Part shown: piece by piece, positions 29,952 to 32,469 of the stretch
How positions within the stretch are numbered: the stretch's first letter is position 1
How the letters are laid out: the number at the start of each line of letters is the position of its first letter
Assembly: GCA_028687495.1 (NCBI GenBank)
Contig: JAQUAA010000002.1
Coordinates: 1 to 32,469, forward strand
DNA length: 32,469 bases
Direction: 5' to 3'
Origin: Minisyncoccota bacterium
Lineage (GTDB): Bacteria; Patescibacteriota; Minisyncoccia; Minisyncoccales; RBG-13-42-11
Notes under the pieces: model-generated
Told to the model about the DNA's origin: nothing
The model's input: only the letters and a program-made list of their open reading frames with translations
The model's database searches: none
Program-made: the position numbers and the translations under genes

Positions 29952-31363
29952 TAGAGTCGAGGAAACAATGGCTCGCTTTTTTGAATTTTTATTTGTTTTA
30001 GTATTTTTTCCGAAGTTTCTGGCAAGAATGGTCTTATCAATCCGGCAATTTCATTAAGGGCGAATAACAAATTACCTATAACCTCTTTTTGATTTTCTTT
30101 CACCTCCCATGGCCGTTCTTCCTCGATATATCTGTCGCAAGCGCCTATTAATCCCCAAATGGAAACCAAGGCCTCATTGAATTTGGGTACTTCCAAGGAT
30201 TTCTTCAAATTATTTTTTACTTTTTCCGTTTCCTTCTCGAATTTTTCCTTTACTGGTTTTATATTCTTAGCGAGCGTAAGTACTCTCGCCGTTAAATTGC
30301 CCAGTCCCTTAGCCAAATCGGCATTGTATCTTTCTTCAAATTTCTCGTAACTGAAGTCGCCGTCCTCAGCCGAAGGAATTTCTCTCAGTAAAAAGTATCT
30401 GACGCTATCGGTGCCGTATTTTTTCACCAATTCGAAGGGATCGACGACATTCCCAAGGCTTTTGGACATCTTCTGACCGCCAGAAGTCAGATAACCATGA
30501 ATGAAAATGTTTTTCGGCAGTTCCAGTTTCAACGATAAAAGTATGCCCAGCCAGATTACGGCATGAAATCTTAAAATATCCTTTCCGATAAATTGGATAT
30601 CTGGAGGCCAGTAATCTTTGAATTTCTCTCCATTGGGATAGCCTAGAGCCGAAAGATAATTAGCGAGGGCATCTGCCCAGACATAAATAGTTTGCGAATC
30701 ATCATCGGGCACGGGTATGCCCCATTTCAAATCTTTCCGCGGTCTCGAAAAACTTACATCTTCCAAACCCTGTCTGATAAAACTCAGTATTTCGTTTTTC
30801 CTTTCCGCCGGAGTTATCTTAACCTCATTTTTCTCGATTTTCTCTTCTATCTCTTCCGAATATTTAGAAAGCTTGAAAAAGTAATTCTCTTCTTCTATCA
30901 TTTCCGGTTCTTTCTGGTGAATCTTGCATTTTCCTTCAATTAAATCTTTTTTGGTGATAAAAGCTTCGCAACCCACGCAATATAAACCCTGGTATTTCTT
31001 TTTGTAGATATCGCCGTTTTCCCTTAATTTTAACCAGATATCCTGAACCACCGGCCAGTGTCTCGTCTTATCGGTCGTTCTGATGAAATCATCGTTAGAT
31101 AAATTTAGGACATCCTTCAGTTTTTTAAATTGACTTGAAATTTCATCAGTAAATTCTTCCAGTTTCTTTTTGGCATTTTCCGCCGCTTTCACCACTTTTT
31201 GGCCGTGTTCGTCGGTCCCCGTCAAAAAGAAAACGTCTTTACCAGAAAAACGCTGATAACGGGCTATGGTATCGGCCTGAATAAGCTCCAAGGCAAACCC
31301 TATATGGGGAGAAGCATTGGTATAAGCAATGCTCGTAGTTATGTAGAATTTATTTTTCGGCAT
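29951..31363 (-). CDS. metG: Methionyl-tRNA synthetase (short form, no C-terminal tRNA-binding domain)
   Basis: FYITTSIAYTNASPHIGFALE is the HIGH region and KMSKSLGN the KMSKS motif. The start is probably MPKNKFYITT (31363). The track start at 31441 would overlap rsmI by 17 nt and add a non-conserved 26-aa extension. Confidence 0.88.
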   Translation of the reverse strand: MPKNKFYITTSIAYTNASPHIGFALELIQADTIARYQRFSGKDVFFLTGTDEHGQKVVKAAENAKKKLEEFTDEISSQFKKLKDVLNLSNDDFIRTTDKTRHWPVVQDIWLKLRENGDIYKKKYQGLYCVGCEAFITKKDLIEGKCKIHQKEPEMIEEENYFFKLSKYSEEIEEKIEKNEVKITPAERKNEILSFIRQGLEDVSFSRPRKDLKWGIPVPDDDSQTIYVWADALANYLSALGYPNGEKFKDYWPPDIQFIGKDILRFHAVIWLGILLSLKLELPKNIFIHGYLTSGGQKMSKSLGNVVDPFELVKKYGTDSVRYFLLREIPSAEDGDFSYEKFEERYNADLAKGLGNLTARVLTLAKNIKPVKEKFEKETEKVKNNLKKSLEVPKFNEALVSIWGLIGACDRYIEEERPWEVKENQKEVIGNLLFALNEIAGLIRPFLPETSEKILKQIKIQKSEPLFPRL

Positions 31364-31424
31364 AAAAACAAAAGAGGAGTTAAATCTCCCCTTCATATTA
31401 TCATAAATTCGGCTTGATTGAAAC

Positions 31425-32093
31425 TTATTTTTTACCTTCAATTACGACCACGAATTCGCCTTTTACGACGTCTTTTTCAATTCGTTGCATCACCTCGCTC
31501 ACTTTACCGCGGTAGACCGTCTCGAATTTTTTAGTCAATTCCCGGCAAACCACTATTTTTCTGTTTAAGCAATTGCTCAATTCGCTTAAAGTTTTGATAA
31601 TTCTATAGGGTGATTCATAGAAAATAACCGGGTATTTCGAATCGATGATTTCCTCAAAGAATTTTTTTCTTTTATTTTTCACCGGCGGGAAACCCAAGAA
31701 TAAAAATTTATCCATCGGAAAACCGGAGATTGAAGCAACCGCTGCCGCTGCCGAAGGTCCGGGAATGGAAGTTATTGTTATCTTGTCGTCCTGTTGAATT
31801 GCTGATTCTATCAGTTTGTTGCCAGGATCTGAGATTCCGGGCGTTCCGGCGTCTGAAACCAAGGCTAAATTTTTTCCCTGTTTCAGTAAATCCATAATGT
31901 AATCAATTTTCTGAAATTTTGAATGCTGGTGATAGCTCAGCACGGAAGTTTTTATCTGATAGCGATCCAGCAGTTTCCCCGTCGTCCTCGTATCTTCGCA
32001 CAAAATTAAATCAACCTCCTTTAATACTTCTAAAGCTCGGAGGCTGATGTCTTTAAGATTGCCGATTGGGGTCGCAACGATGTATAAAGCCAT
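31425..32093 (-). CDS. rsmI: 16S rRNA (cytidine1402-2'-O)-methyltransferase
   Basis: LYIVATPIGNLKDISLRALEVLKEVDLILCEDTR and SDAGTPGISDPG are present. Confidence 0.9.
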   Translation of the reverse strand: MALYIVATPIGNLKDISLRALEVLKEVDLILCEDTRTTGKLLDRYQIKTSVLSYHQHSKFQKIDYIMDLLKQGKNLALVSDAGTPGISDPGNKLIESAIQQDDKITITSIPGPSAAAAVASISGFPMDKFLFLGFPPVKNKRKKFFEEIIDSKYPVIFYESPYRIIKTLSELSNCLNRKIVVCRELTKKFETVYRGKVSEVMQRIEKDVVKGEFVVVIEGKK

Positions 32094-32099
32094 TTTTAT

Positions 32100-32469
32100 C
32101 TAGGTGACAATTGTTCTCTCCTGGGAAACGTATTCCTTTTTTCTCTTTAATAAATCCCTGATGAATTCAAATAAAATTCCTGTCAAGGGAATGGCCAAAA
32201 CTGCTCCCAGTATTCCTAAAAGCTTGGCCCCTACCGACAAAGAAATTAAAACCATGACCGGCGGCAAGCCGACGAATTTCCTGGTCAGAATGGGAGCAAT
32301 AATATTTCCTTCAACTTGCTGAATTAAAAAGAAAGCGATTAAAACGAAAAACGCTTTTAGCCATGAATCCAGGGCGACGAAAAGAAAAGCAACGGCTCCA
32401 ACGATAACCGGTCCCAAAACGGGAATAAAATTTAAGACGCCAGCCAAAAGAGACAAACTTAACGCATAT
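32100..32469 (-). CDS. AI-2E/PerM (UPF0118) family permease, C-terminal part (5' end beyond the right edge)
   Basis: NFIPVLGPVIVG...LIQQVEGNIIAPILTRKFVGLPPV is the family signature. The reading frame stays open to the window edge. Confidence 0.8.
   Translation of the reverse strand, partial: YALSLSLLAGVLNFIPVLGPVIVGAVAFLFVALDSWLKAFFVLIAFFLIQQVEGNIIAPILTRKFVGLPPVMVLISLSVGAKLLGILGAVLAIPLTGILFEFIRDLLKRKKEYVSQERTIVT

Noticed and set aside
1-32469. A search by eye for CRISPR repeats, IS or transposon ends, integrases, prophage genes, rRNA, alternative genetic code, and hammerhead/twister-type ribozyme cores.
   Set aside because: I found no regularly spaced direct repeats and no recombinase-like ORF. 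TGA, TAA and TAG all terminate well-supported genes. CUGAAUA...GAAAC at 18871-18883 lacks the hammerhead CUGANGA core. The limits of manual inspection apply.

Overview
AT-rich, very gene-dense bacterial window. It uses the standard genetic code (TGA serves as a stop, e.g. pth 13270-13272). Content is almost entirely housekeeping. Left to right: clpB (5' part, minus strand), a tRNA-like gene, an htrA-like protease, a 4-gene envelope-glycan block (GT2, GH-A-fold hydrolase, EamA-like permease, MGDG-synthase-like GT-B), ftsA-ftsZ, ybeY, yqeY-like, rpsU, HIT, hisS and lepB, all on the minus strand. Then pth, a short mfd, topA, tRNA-Leu(CAA) and a small membrane protein on the plus strand. Then tsaC, a GlmU-like nucleotidyltransferase, yvcK/glmR-like (minus), murA (plus), iorB/iorA-like 2-oxoacid:ferredoxin oxidoreductase, glmS, leuS, tatD, metG, rsmI and the 3' part of an AI-2E permease (minus). 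Short proteins, frequent stop/start overlaps and trimmed domain architectures resemble small Patescibacteria/CPR-type genomes; that is inference only, since no homology search was possible. All product calls come from motif recognition in the supplied translations or my own hand translations. I saw no transposase, integrase, phage gene, CRISPR array or rRNA. The two largest 'intergenic' gaps are not explained by ordinary annotation. (1) 13273-13708 is a self-contained minus-strand unit: a consensus promoter, a ~200-nt highly structured leader whose helices carry G.U pairs only on the minus strand, a 13-nt perfect Shine-Dalgarno, an unannotated 51-aa Cys-rich ORF and a terminator. (2) 18738-19086 is a second minus-strand RNA locus lying between two intrinsic terminators; it has three SD-mimic GGAGG motifs and no plausible ORF. 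Both loci share the 11-mer AAGGAGGUGAU. Secondary observations: a tRNA-like gene with G33 and a 1x72 mismatch; tRNA-Leu packed with 0- and 9-nt spacers between two CDSs; -10 elements placed for leaderless or near-leaderless mRNAs at seven operon heads; an FtsZ with no C-terminal tail; a mini-Mfd; and a MurA with Asp at the fosfomycin-target position. I corrected several ORF-track starts (glmS, iorA, metG, small membrane protein).
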